Shown: in pieces, positions 27,895-37,569 of the stretch
Layout of the letters: the number at the start of each line of letters is the position of its first letter
How positions within the stretch are numbered: the stretch's first letter is position 1
IMG/VR virus record: IMGVR_UViG_3300035666_000007
Span: 1 to 64,000 of that record
Origin: a virus
Length of the DNA: 64,000 nucleotides
Direction: 5' to 3' (one strand)
The notes under the pieces: generated by a model
Database searches by the model: none
The model's input: only the letters and a program-made list of their open reading frames with translations
Told to the model about the DNA's origin: nothing
Translations under genes and position numbers: made by a program

Positions 27895-29319
27895 TCAGAA
27901 GTTAACCAGCCTCTCCGTCATGGCGTAGTTCTCTGCTGCAAACAGTATATTCGATGTACCAGTTGCTCCATGCCTATTCTTAAGAGCAATATATTCGTAG
28001 TCCATTGGATCGTGGTTTTTGTCATAATAATAAGGCCAATAGTTGCCAATGATAACGTCTGCGTCCTCCTCGATTCGCCCTGATTCTCTCAGATCCGACA
28101 TGACAGGGCGCTTGTCAATCCTTGTCTCTACGCCTCTGTTCAGCTGGCAAACAGCAACAATATCAACACCAGCTTTCTTGGAAACCGTTTTAAGCTTTCG
28201 CGTTGCATTACCAATCATTAGCGCCCTTGTGTCCTTGTTACCCGAGTCGGAGTCAAGGTCTAGTAGCGTCAGATAGTCAATGATCACTAGGGTTAAATTT
28301 TTGCTCTTTCGTTTTTCAGATTTGATTCGTGCTACCACTTGCGACGGCGTTACCTCATAGGCATCCACAAAAATTAAATTATTTACCACCTTATCAATCG
28401 GCATTGAAGCAATTCTCAGCCTTTGCTGTTCGTTCATCTCCTGTCTAATGATCGCCCCGTAGCTTAGTGGCTCACCGTGCGAGCGCAAGCACTTCAAGTA
28501 GTCCATGCAAGAAATCATTCGCTGCGAAACCTGCTCGCCCGACATTTCAAGCGAATAAAAAAGAACCTTGCAGTCATTCAGGACGGCATCAAGAGCAAGA
28601 TTCATCGCCCAGGTCGATTTTCCACTACCAGGGCGCCCACAAGTTACGATCAGTCTTCCATCAGAGCCGCTCTCATAATGGTTGAGCCCCCCACCAAGAA
28701 TTGCATTCAGCCCGGAAAGACGAGTTCTGATGACTCGATTTTCAAGTTTTGGGCCAAGCAGTATGTCCCTGGCCTTCAGGATCGGATGAACCTCTTTCTG
28801 GTGCGAATCAGCGCCTTCAATCAAGTCGGCGGCTGCGAGAACAAGCCCGAGGGCGCCCTGGGTATCCTTTTTGCTGCATTTGGACTTAATGATTTCAAGT
28901 GATTTTTTAAGGGAATCCTCAATGCGAGATCTTGAATGATGTAGATACCAGACCGGCAACAACTGATCTTGCCAAACCTGAATATCCCTTTCGATCGCAC
29001 ATGCAGCGATCTGATCGATAAAGTCCTGAGCTGTTGTCGCGTCGCACCCAGAGACATTCCTTAGGCGAGTGGAGACGGTAATGTCATTGGTGGGGGCCTG
29101 GTGAAAAGTCAAATACTCTTCTTTCAAGCATTCAAACAAAAACTTGTTAAAAGGGTCGGAGAAAATATCCTCCCGCGCAGGCAGTGCAATAAATTTATCA
29201 ATCCACTCATTGTCGCCAAAACTAAAGCATAGATGATTATAGGCAGCGGCTAAAAAGTGCTTTTCGATTTCAATTGAATTTTCCTGCAACTCAAAAGCTT
29301 CGATGTCAAGAACAGTCAT
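27895..29319 (-). CDS. dnaB: DnaB-like replicative helicase
   Basis: 'GRPGSGKS', 'FYSLEMS', 'IIDYLTL', 'CQLNRGVE...RPVMSDLRESGRIEEDAD', 'KNRHG'. Confidence 0.95.
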   Translation of the reverse strand: MTVLDIEAFELQENSIEIEKHFLAAAYNHLCFSFGDNEWIDKFIALPAREDIFSDPFNKFLFECLKEEYLTFHQAPTNDITVSTRLRNVSGCDATTAQDFIDQIAACAIERDIQVWQDQLLPVWYLHHSRSRIEDSLKKSLEIIKSKCSKKDTQGALGLVLAAADLIEGADSHQKEVHPILKARDILLGPKLENRVIRTRLSGLNAILGGGLNHYESGSDGRLIVTCGRPGSGKSTWAMNLALDAVLNDCKVLFYSLEMSGEQVSQRMISCMDYLKCLRSHGEPLSYGAIIRQEMNEQQRLRIASMPIDKVVNNLIFVDAYEVTPSQVVARIKSEKRKSKNLTLVIIDYLTLLDLDSDSGNKDTRALMIGNATRKLKTVSKKAGVDIVAVCQLNRGVETRIDKRPVMSDLRESGRIEEDADVIIGNYWPYYYDKNHDPMDYEYIALKNRHGATGTSNILFAAENYAMTERLVNF

Positions 29320-29401
29320 GGCAGCAGAGCGACGTAACGAACTGGGCTCAGGAAAGCGTATTGTGCGACTACCGCCACTGCAATACAGCAAAAACAATCT
29401 A

Positions 29402-30190
29402 TCACAGATTTAGCACAGCAGCTTGGTCATCGTCAAACTTACTTACAAGAGCGACGGCTGAGGGGCGCCCACCCCCCTGAAACTGCTGCCCCCAGGTCGG
29501 TGGCTTGTTTTTTTTGCCAAACTTCTTCCAGTTTGAATAGGTAATTGAAATCCATTTCTTTTCGCCAGCAGTGGATCTCTCAATCGCTTCTCGCAGCTGA
29601 GCCTTAACCTCATCGATTCCGCCATCTGGATCCCTCTCTATCCGAAGAAGGTTGTCAATCAGCCCATCAAACGCAACTTTTGCTTTTGACCCGCCTTTGT
29701 GGCTGTTGAAAAAGCTGCAAATTTGCGTATCAACAGCCTGAAGCTTGACTGGCACAATCGCATTGACGGCTGCGAACTTTTTGGGCGATCCAGTCGAGGC
29801 AGGGAGCCGTGGCGGAATAGGCGCCGGCTCGGAGCAGGGAGGAGGTGCCGTGGGAGCCGGGGCTTTCTCGACCTCCCAAAGCTTCAGCCTGTAGATATTT
29901 TCTGGGCGCCCGCCCTGGTTAAGTTTTACTGTTTTTTCGACAAGCCCTTTTTGTCGAAGCGAGGACACGCAGTCAGCGGCTGTCGCTCTTGAGATATTGG
30001 CGCAACTGCAAATAGCGTCATAGCACGGTTCGACAGAATCGCTACTTCCAGCACCGTCTGCAAAAAATTGCAAAGTGATCAAGACGCACAATTCGTTGTT
30101 ACTAAGCCAGCCACCTGGAGTCTCAAACTGCTTCCGAATAATCCAGTTCGGAATCGCCGTAAACGGATAACGGCTTTCAAAAACAGTCAT
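29402..30190 (-). CDS. Replication initiator-like HTH protein
   Basis: 'FTAIPNWI', HTH 'ISRATAADCVSSLRQKGLV...NIYRL'; directly upstream of dnaB. Confidence 0.7.
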   Translation of the reverse strand: MTVFESRYPFTAIPNWIIRKQFETPGGWLSNNELCVLITLQFFADGAGSSDSVEPCYDAICSCANISRATAADCVSSLRQKGLVEKTVKLNQGGRPENIYRLKLWEVEKAPAPTAPPPCSEPAPIPPRLPASTGSPKKFAAVNAIVPVKLQAVDTQICSFFNSHKGGSKAKVAFDGLIDNLLRIERDPDGGIDEVKAQLREAIERSTAGEKKWISITYSNWKKFGKKNKPPTWGQQFQGGGRPSAVALVSKFDDDQAAVLNL

Positions 30191-30375
30191 TTTCCACCTC
30201 GTGAATAAGCTTAAGTCCAAGCCTTGCGGCCTCAAGCTGCTGCTTTGAGAGTAAGTTGAATTTATTTTTATCGCCCTTACTGGCCGCTAAGATCTTGAGC
30301 ACCGCCAGGGAAGCTATTAGAGACGAAATCTCCTGCTCCTTCTCGGCCTGACCAGCGGTCATGATTGGGCGAATC

Positions 30376-30702
30376 TCAGATAGCCAAATCGCTACTCCAG
30401 TTGGGTCCGAATCTTCGCTCCAGCATTCCCGCGATGATTCGATTGATGTCACTCTCGGTCCTTTCGATAATTTTTCTGAACTTGCGATAAAGGTCAAATT
30501 CCTCCTTGTCCAAAAGGTCGATCTCTCGATGCAATTGATCCATTGCTGGCGAGCCCTCAATAGACTCGGTTGCCTTCATCAACAGTTTCTTTCTTTTTTC
30601 TTTAATTTCATCTGCTTTTTCTTTGTAAATTTCCCTTGCAGAAATTAGAGTCGATCTCGATCTGACAGCTCTTTCGAGATCCACGTAAACAGACTCATCC
30701 AT
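30376..30702 (-). CDS. Coiled-coil hypothetical protein
   Basis: Charged helical ORF. Confidence 0.55.
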   Translation of the reverse strand: MDESVYVDLERAVRSRSTLISAREIYKEKADEIKEKRKKLLMKATESIEGSPAMDQLHREIDLLDKEEFDLYRKFRKIIERTESDINRIIAGMLERRFGPNWSSDLAI

Positions 30703-30704
30703 TG

Positions 30705-31098
30705 CTATTCGTTTTTCGATTTCAACTTGAAAACATTGCAATGCCTCGCAAAAGAAGGGCCTTCTTCGAGAAGCTCTGGAAAGTCAAATTCACATTTCTT
30801 TTTTGTTCTCCATCGACGGAGACTGATTTGACCCAATACAGGCACCTGTAACAGCTGCTAGAGCCAGGCACGGCCCACTTGGCGGGTCGCGGAATCTCAG
30901 GGAGAACACTTTTGTAAGATTTTCCGATGAAAACATTTTGAACCGCCTGGCGACTGGAACCGAGGGTCCTGGCCTTTTCGTGACGCCGACCTTTGCGGTA
31001 AGAATCCATCGAATATTCTCCTCCGTAAACCTGCGATTACCGCCAGCCGTGGAAGGCTCGGGCCGCCTGTGCTCGGTTTTTTCGGATTGCCGGCTCAC
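30705..31098 (-). pseudogene. HTH plus Cys-cluster protein broken by two single-base frameshifts in A-runs
   Basis: Adding one A at 30975-30978 and one at 30799-30804 gives RRFTEENIRWIL..KKARTLGSSRQAV..CYRCLYW..KKCEFDFPELLEEGPSFARHCNVF. Confidence 0.65.
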
Positions 31099-31323
31099 TG
31101 AAAAATGCTTGCGCTGTAAACAAGGTTAGACACGTCGCCAAGTCAAAGCATTGAACCACCAAATCTTACCACCACAAGGACGGTTTGGCACTATGGGTCC
31201 CTGGCTTTGTGCCGCCGAAGACCACAGCAGCGTTACCGCCTCGATCCCTGGTCCTGGCTTCGTGGTGGGGCCTTCACGCCGCTTCTGTACTAATGCCGCG
31301 TAGTACAAGTGTCACAGCAGTCA

Positions 31324-32325
31324 TCACTGCCCCACTCCCCTGACATAGACAGGGCGATACCACTGAACGGACCTCTCCGAGCGCTTGGGACCGCGCAAGA
31401 CCGTGTGCCAGTGCCCTCGCCGCCAGTGGGCCCTGACGCCGCCAGGAGCCTCACCCTGTCGCTTCCCGGCTGGCTGATGACGCTGATAGTGAAAACTTTT
31501 GCCAATCCAGGTAGCCGGAAGTGGCTGCTTGGACAAGCTTTTTGTAAAACCAAGTCCTTTGGTAATAGAAACGGACTTATCAGTGGTAATCAATTCCGGC
31601 TCGTAAAGATGAACAAGAAGTGAATTGATGGCTACCCTTGCAAGCAAGTCGATCTCTTTCGGGCTCCCTTCCGCCTCTTTCTCCCCTTCTCCGTATCGAA
31701 CATTTTCGTCGTACCAACTTTTTGCTTTTTCGTCTACATAGTCAACCCATAGATAAGAGCCGGTTTCCGAAATCGTCGCAATTTCAATCCCCTTGGCCCC
31801 TTCGAGTTCCTTGGGAATTATCCTGCCCCCTGTTGATTTAGTGTATTTTTCCTGCTGCTCTCTTTCTGCTTGACTTAAGCTTGGATGTATTTGGCCAACC
31901 TTAACAACAAGAGCAATTACCTCTTCTCCATCTTTGTCAAACAGAAAATTTCGCGGTAGCAAGATATGGACAAACGGAAGAATGTCAAGAACATCTTTTG
32001 CTAGCACTGGTGTTGGGGTTTTTGTGAAGGCTTCGCAAAGTTCCTTGCTGATATATCGTGCCGGGGCGTCAGCGAGCAAGGCTTGGCGGCACACCTCACC
32101 AATGACACCTGATTGACAGTCTCCGTGCGCAAACGAAATCTGGGACATGTACTCGGTTCCTATTAGGGAAACCATTTTCAAGTAGTTGTCCCATTTGTAG
32201 TAACCAACAGGAGATCGATATTGACCAACTTTCGACAGGCAAATACTTTTGTATTCACCCGCCTCGCCAATGCCATCAAGAAGACTGCAAAGTGAATTTG
32301 ACAAGAGGACCCTCAGCTCCGTCAT
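31324..32325 (-). CDS. Hypothetical protein with C-terminal HWRRGHW motif
   Basis: 333-aa ORF, 'RAHWRRGHWH...WYRPVYV'. Confidence 0.7.
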   Translation of the reverse strand: MTELRVLLSNSLCSLLDGIGEAGEYKSICLSKVGQYRSPVGYYKWDNYLKMVSLIGTEYMSQISFAHGDCQSGVIGEVCRQALLADAPARYISKELCEAFTKTPTPVLAKDVLDILPFVHILLPRNFLFDKDGEEVIALVVKVGQIHPSLSQAEREQQEKYTKSTGGRIIPKELEGAKGIEIATISETGSYLWVDYVDEKAKSWYDENVRYGEGEKEAEGSPKEIDLLARVAINSLLVHLYEPELITTDKSVSITKGLGFTKSLSKQPLPATWIGKSFHYQRHQPAGKRQGEAPGGVRAHWRRGHWHTVLRGPKRSERSVQWYRPVYVRGVGQ

Positions 32326-32328
32326 CGT

Positions 32329-32916
32329 CTATTGCTCTGCTGCGTTTCTTGAGCCGTATCCAGACCTCGCGTTAGCGCCGTCCACCCAAGCAAGACAAGC
32401 AACTCGGCGAACATGCGACTCCTGATCCTCCCCGACAAGCGGCGATATTCCGCTTCCCTTGTTTTGCCACCAGCGCTCATACAATATACACAACTCTGCT
32501 GCCAGCCCCTGCGGCTCGGGACAAGAGAAGCCGATTTTGATATTTGTTTCAAATGGCACATCGCAGCCATTCCAAAGGTGTGGACCAAAGACGTTCATGA
32601 GGTAAAACATCTGCCACTTGCTCCAGCCGCCTGGTAGCTCTGCGGGTAAATCAATACCCTGAGAACGCAAAACATTGCGGCCTACCGGAGTTAGCCGAAC
32701 GTACACATAGCTATTGATGTTGAAATCAATCACTGGTTTTGCAGTGGGCCCTGCAGTGGCACGCTCGGCAGCCCAGGGCGTCCACCACGGCTGGCCAGGG
32801 ACGATCAGGGTGTGGTGCTGCCACCTCGCAGACCTGGGCACCTGCACCTCCCCATCGCCATTTGCATCCGCCTTTGTCGGCAGCCGGTCTGTGATCCATT
32901 CGCTTGTCATGTCCAT
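32329..32916 (-). CDS. Mosaic hypothetical protein
   Basis: 'WITDRLPT' module, 'FNINSYVYVRLT' module and PEPQ linker. Confidence 0.6.
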   Translation of the reverse strand: MDMTSEWITDRLPTKADANGDGEVQVPRSARWQHHTLIVPGQPWWTPWAAERATAGPTAKPVIDFNINSYVYVRLTPVGRNVLRSQGIDLPAELPGGWSKWQMFYLMNVFGPHLWNGCDVPFETNIKIGFSCPEPQGLAAELCILYERWWQNKGSGISPLVGEDQESHVRRVACLAWVDGANARSGYGSRNAAEQ

Positions 32917-32964
32917 TGGGGTATAAGTGAATGCCGGGATTCAATGGTCTCCCGGCGGGACGAA

Positions 32965-33636
32965 TTAGGCAGAAGCGGCGATCACCGCTTCTGGATCTGG
33001 AAAGCCAAATAGCGGCAAGAAGAAGAATGGCTGATTGTTTGCACGCATAGTAGCAGCGCCTTGAATCTCATTGGAGGCCCTGGCTGCTGCCCAGGCTGCT
33101 TCCCCGGCTGCTTCCCCGGCTGCTTCCCCGGCTGCTTCCCAGGCTGCTTCCCCGGCTGCTGCCCCGGCTGCTTCCCCGGCTGCTTCCCCGGCTGCCGCCC
33201 TGGCTGCTGCCCAGGCTGCTTCCCCGGCTGCTTCCCCGGCTGCCCAGGCTGTCGCACTGGCTGCTGTCCAGGCTGCTGCCCAGGCCGCTGCCGTCATACG
33301 ATCAAGATGCCGCCAAAATGCAAGGACCAGATGCGCCTGATCTCCTAAAACTTGCTTAGGACTGCGAATTACGCTAGAAGGCGCACCTTCCTGTCTGTCG
33401 TTGACAATGCGCAACAAAACCGAATGAGCGACACTGATGCCAAACAGTTCGGCGACTTTCCTATCAGCGGCAGCCTGATCAATCTTGCGCAATTCATCGA
33501 CGGTCATCCCGCTTAAAAAATTCAGCGCCTGACCTTGAGCGCACATGCAAGAGCCGTCGTCACTGACGAGACTTCCTTTGAAAGGAATATTTCCAGGCCA
33601 GTAATCAAGAAGTTCATCAACTGTGGATGGTGTCAT
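32965..33636 (-). CDS. Ala-rich repeat protein (AAWA/AAGE)
   Basis: Globular N-terminus, Ala-rich tetrapeptide repeats, 'EIQGA...FFFLPLFGF' end. Confidence 0.7.
   Translation of the reverse strand: MTPSTVDELLDYWPGNIPFKGSLVSDDGSCMCAQGQALNFLSGMTVDELRKIDQAAADRKVAELFGISVAHSVLLRIVNDRQEGAPSSVIRSPKQVLGDQAHLVLAFWRHLDRMTAAAWAAAWTAASATAWAAGEAAGEAAWAAARAAAGEAAGEAAGAAAGEAAWEAAGEAAGEAAGEAAWAAARASNEIQGAATMRANNQPFFFLPLFGFPDPEAVIAASA
33077..33290. repeat. 12-bp coding tandem repeat
   Basis: GGCTGCT(T/G)CCC(C/A) units. Confidence 0.95.
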
Positions 33637-33698
33637 CGAAAGATGCGAGGGTAAGTGGATGAAGCGGGTTGCCGGGTAGGCTCCGGCGGGCCAAGCTT

Positions 33699-34106
33699 TT
33701 ACTTCTCAATCTGCAGGGTCGGAACCGGCATTCCGCCTTCAGTCGGAACATAAATTGTCCGATTGCCTTTATCCGAACCTTCCTGCAAGCCAACAATATA
33801 AAGATATTGAAGGTAGCGAGGATTGTTTTCAAGGCTCCTGCCGATGATCTTATTCGCCTCGGCTACGCCATTTGCTCTTGCGATCTCAGCAGCTGCCTCA
33901 AAGCTCGCTGAATCCTTCTTGGCCTTTGCCTCAAGCACCTTTACCTGCCTGGTAGACTCGGCCTCCATTAAAGCCGCCTTTCCGCTAGTAGCGCGATAGT
34001 AAACATTTATCTGGGGGATAAGCCAAAAAACGCCCGCGACACACAGCAAAAGTGTCAAAACAACAATTGCGATCTTGCGAAAATCGTATTCGTGTGGAAA
34101 TTCCAT
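33699..34106 (-). CDS. Membrane protein, SPFH/band-7-like C-terminal coiled coil
   Basis: TM helix, then 'AEIARANGVAEANKIIGRSL...YLQYLYI...IYVPTEGG'. Confidence 0.7.
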   Translation of the reverse strand: MEFPHEYDFRKIAIVVLTLLLCVAGVFWLIPQINVYYRATSGKAALMEAESTRQVKVLEAKAKKDSASFEAAAEIARANGVAEANKIIGRSLENNPRYLQYLYIVGLQEGSDKGNRTIYVPTEGGMPVPTLQIEK

Positions 34107-35364
34107 GAGATTTAGAATAGATTAAAATTGTTAGAACTTGGCAAGCCGCGACTCTAGGACTGGCGACTTTCCATTTTTTGATAAGCAATAGCCAGTAGTT
34201 CGTTGACAGATAGAGAATCTGCATTGCGGAAGGGTTTGATGCCCTCCTCAAACGGAACAGACTGTACGCTACGGGCTTTGATCTCAACTGTCACTTCTGG
34301 CTGACGGGAGACCATCTCCGCAAACTCGCCCCCGTAACCCACAAACCCTGCAGTCGGCTGGTAAAAGGAGATTCCAGTTGCGTAGTAATCAGAAAGAAGC
34401 CAAAGATTCCGGTCTTTCTTGTCGTGAGCGAATTGCGGAAGGCTGATGGCCATTCGCTTGCCATCAGCAATAACAAAGCCTCTCTTGGCGAACAGGTCCA
34501 TCAGCTTTCCGTCAGCATCAGGATTTCAGACTGGTCATGCTTAAGCAATTCGGCTAGATCAGCCTTCGCCTTGGCAAGCATAAGCTCAAGCCTTTTGATT
34601 TCAAGAAGGCGATTTTTGATAATTTTCTTCACCTCGCTTTGCTCATCAGCCTCCAGCTCAAGCATCGCTTCTTGAAGCAACGCCTTGTTATCGCCTGACA
34701 GCTCAATATCAGTGAAAGTGGTTTTAAGGGCAATCATTGACTGTTGGGAATGATAGGGATCTGCCAAATTGGGTGCGGCTTTGGCGGGCCGCGTTATCTA
34801 CATGGCGGCCTTAAGATCAGGTGATATTCGCCTTGATGATCGAATGACATTGCTGCACGGTGAGTATATCCGGATCGGACTGAGACAGAGCAACATCAAG
34901 GGCCGCAATAGCGGATGACAGACGCGGACTCTTCCATCCCTGTCCGGGAGGCCCTTCGTCACAGTGACTTTCAGCGGCTTCGAGAATTACTTGCCACTGA
35001 TCGCTGGCCAGGGTGATCGTCTTGGTAGGGATGGTCATGGAAGGGGCTCCTGAGGCGCCGGCAACTCAACGCGCTCAACGGTGAGCATCTCGCCCTTGCG
35101 CTTGAACCGATAAAGTTGGCTTTCGTCAGGATTTGCAAAAGTCCGAAACAAGGCACCATTATACCTGACTCCATGAATCAGATAAGTATCGGTCCACACG
35201 TCGTAGTGGTTAGGACGAGAAAGAAAGTGGCCAAGCATTTCCCGTGGAAACAGCAAGGTACGCAAGCTCACTGCCCACCATGGCAATATACGGCCTTCGG
35301 GCACGTATTGATGAACCACTGAATTAAAAAGGTTAGAGCGAGATCGGAAAAAGTTCATGATAGC

Positions 35365-36054
35365 TCAAGAATTGTTTTGCGGCACCGGCAGGGCGTTGTG
35401 AGGAAGGGAGTGGGAGTCATGAACCGGCTCCTCATCGCGGTTGGGCGTGTCGAGGACCCATCTGCGCAGCGTCGCATTTGCAAGTCGGCACGGGATTTCC
35501 GCTGGTCGGTAGAGCCAACACCTCCCCTCCGCATCGCACCACCCCTCGCGCTCCCAGGGCCGTTCAGCGACCGGCACCGGCTGGATGGTGGGGCGGGCGT
35601 AGCGGGTGATGGCAGCCAGCAGTAGCTCACTCATCTCGCAATGGGCTGACTCCAGGCATCCTCCGGGCTTCAACCATGTGGCCCAGGGCTCCTTGCTATA
35701 CGCGAAGGCGATCAGGTTTACATGGTCCGGGCTCACCCCCTCCGGCTCGGGCTGGACGGTGGGGCGGCACCAGCGGGACTCCAGCAGATCGCCAGCGGCA
35801 ATCAGTAGTTGCTGCAGAGGGCTTCCTGGCTCAGCCTCAACCGCTGCTTCGTGGCAGCCGACAGCAACGGACGGGGGCCACTGCAATTCCCGCCCTTCAT
35901 CCGTCACCCCCTCCGGCTCGGGCTGGGCTAGCAAGGCGCGGGCGCGGTCTACCAAGGGAATCATGTTTTCATGCAGATCATCGGGGTTTGTTGATCTGCT
36001 CCAGACGAAGATTACCTCAGAGCACAAGGCGCGGTAGTCGTTTGGGGTAGTCAT
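35365..36054 (-). CDS. Mosaic 'YRALC...QPEPE' protein
   Basis: Two QPEPEGV linkers plus 'PTIQPVPVAERPWEREGWCDAEGRCW'. Confidence 0.65.
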   Translation of the reverse strand: MTTPNDYRALCSEVIFVWSRSTNPDDLHENMIPLVDRARALLAQPEPEGVTDEGRELQWPPSVAVGCHEAAVEAEPGSPLQQLLIAAGDLLESRWCRPTVQPEPEGVSPDHVNLIAFAYSKEPWATWLKPGGCLESAHCEMSELLLAAITRYARPTIQPVPVAERPWEREGWCDAEGRCWLYRPAEIPCRLANATLRRWVLDTPNRDEEPVHDSHSLPHNALPVPQNNS

Positions 36055-36079
36055 GATTCATCGGGGGTAGTTGTGGTCT

Positions 36080-36466
36080 CTAGAGGGGTGTCTGCTCGGA
36101 AAGTTTGGCCACCAGCCCTTCCGCGATTCGTATTCCAATTTTTGAGTCTTCGGCTTGAGCCTCTAAAATGGAGATTCTTCTTCGCTGCCTGGCAATAAAC
36201 GAATCTAGTGCCTCTTCCTTAGTGGGGCACGCATAACGCTTTCTGGCGTCCTTGAGAACAAATCTTTCATCCCCTGAGTAGGTTTTAATCCATGCCCCCT
36301 TGGGGGTGTGACGTGAAACCATAAAGTCTCGAACCTCGACTGCAACGCTGTGCCCCGGCAGTGGATCATCAAACTCATCAACTCCGTTGCTATAGCGGAC
36401 TATTTCGTATCTATACCACCGTTCATAACTGGTGTCCAGGTAGCCCGTCGAATAGCCGGTCATCAC
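36080..36466 (-). CDS. Hypothetical protein
   Basis: 'HTPKGAWI...RYACPTKEEALDSF'. Confidence 0.65.
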   Translation of the reverse strand: MMTGYSTGYLDTSYERWYRYEIVRYSNGVDEFDDPLPGHSVAVEVRDFMVSRHTPKGAWIKTYSGDERFVLKDARKRYACPTKEEALDSFIARQRRRISILEAQAEDSKIGIRIAEGLVAKLSEQTPL

Positions 36467-36745
36467 TTCAAGTTCTCCTCTCTAAGGGGTATTTGCGTAG
36501 ATAGCATCAGGGCGCACTTGACACCATGGATACCGGCGAGCACGTGCCTCAGGGAGAAGGTCGATGCAGCCGACTGACTCCAAGGGCCCCAGCTCTTGGA
36601 CGAACTGACCCGTTCCATCTTCGTTATCCCTTAACAGATAAAAGCTCCCAAGATCAAACTCATGTCTGTACCTATGACCTGGAGGGAAAAACGGACTGCT
36701 TGGATCGCGGAGTCGATTGTAATGCATAGCCATTAGTGTGTTCCT

Positions 36746-36958
36746 CTAGTGAAATTGATGCGGATAGCTTTCAGGGTCCAATGGGTTGCACCCTGGCGTA
36801 AAGAAAAATCCTTGCCCTTCGTCGCAGTCATCATCAACCTCTTCGTGCGTCTCGACCTTTTGGCTGTTGATAGCACCGCACGATTCGCACTCGGTATGGG
36901 TGAGCGCACTAAATGGACCACGCCAAGTCACAGTGCCGCCGCAATGAGAGCAATTCAT
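36746..36958 (-). CDS. Small zinc-ribbon protein
   Basis: CSHCGG...CESCGA; flanked by junction motifs B and A. Confidence 0.65.
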   Translation of the reverse strand: MNCSHCGGTVTWRGPFSALTHTECESCGAINSQKVETHEEVDDDCDEGQGFFFTPGCNPLDPESYPHQFH

Positions 36959-37338
36959 TAGTCTCCTTCACTTGTGTGTTGATTCAGCTCGGACATCGAA
37001 GATAAAGCGCACCATTAGCCCTCTTTGTTGGGAGAATCAGGAGTGCAAACAACCCACCTGTCGATCGACTCAGCTCGGTCGGCTTCGTCCAAAAGCCGAT
37101 CCCTGATCTCTCGCCTGGCCAGGTATTTCATCTTGGCCAAGTCGCCAGCGTTGCCGCTGGGAAACTCCTCCTCGGGAACGATGTGGTCAGCCAAGGCCCG
37201 GATCTCGGCAGCATTGCCCTTGGCAATCACATCTAAATCTCTAAGCCCCAGGTCCGTGGCCTTCGCATAGGCGTTAGCCATTATTCGCCATAGCGGTGTT
37301 CTCGGGAATGCCATTGAATCTCCTTGGTAGCGGTGGCT

Positions 37339-37569
37339 TCAAACAAACGAAAACGGAATGTGATCTTCTACGTAAGGCTCGTCCTGGGTTTGCAGATCGC
37401 GCCACTCGCGACCATTCTCAGCACCCTTGCTCCAAGGAAACAGGGCTTGCAGCACGGGAACCATATTTCCATTGCCGTCGCCTCGACGAATCAGGCGATA
37501 GGCAATAGGCGCTGCTGTATGCGAAATCTGAATCTTACCAGTATTGGAGACTGTCATGACGGGGGGCAA
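37339..37569 (-). CDS. Hypothetical protein; paralogue of 38377..38679
   Basis: 'PIAYRL...LQ..F.W...EWRD'. Confidence 0.6.
   Translation of the reverse strand: MPPVMTVSNTGKIQISHTAAPIAYRLIRRGDGNGNMVPVLQALFPWSKGAENGREWRDLQTQDEPYVEDHIPFSFV

Noticed and set aside
32982-33348. ORFs encoding PGCF, QPGK or ASPA repeats
   Set aside because: Alternative-frame shadows of the 12-bp repeat inside 32965-33636
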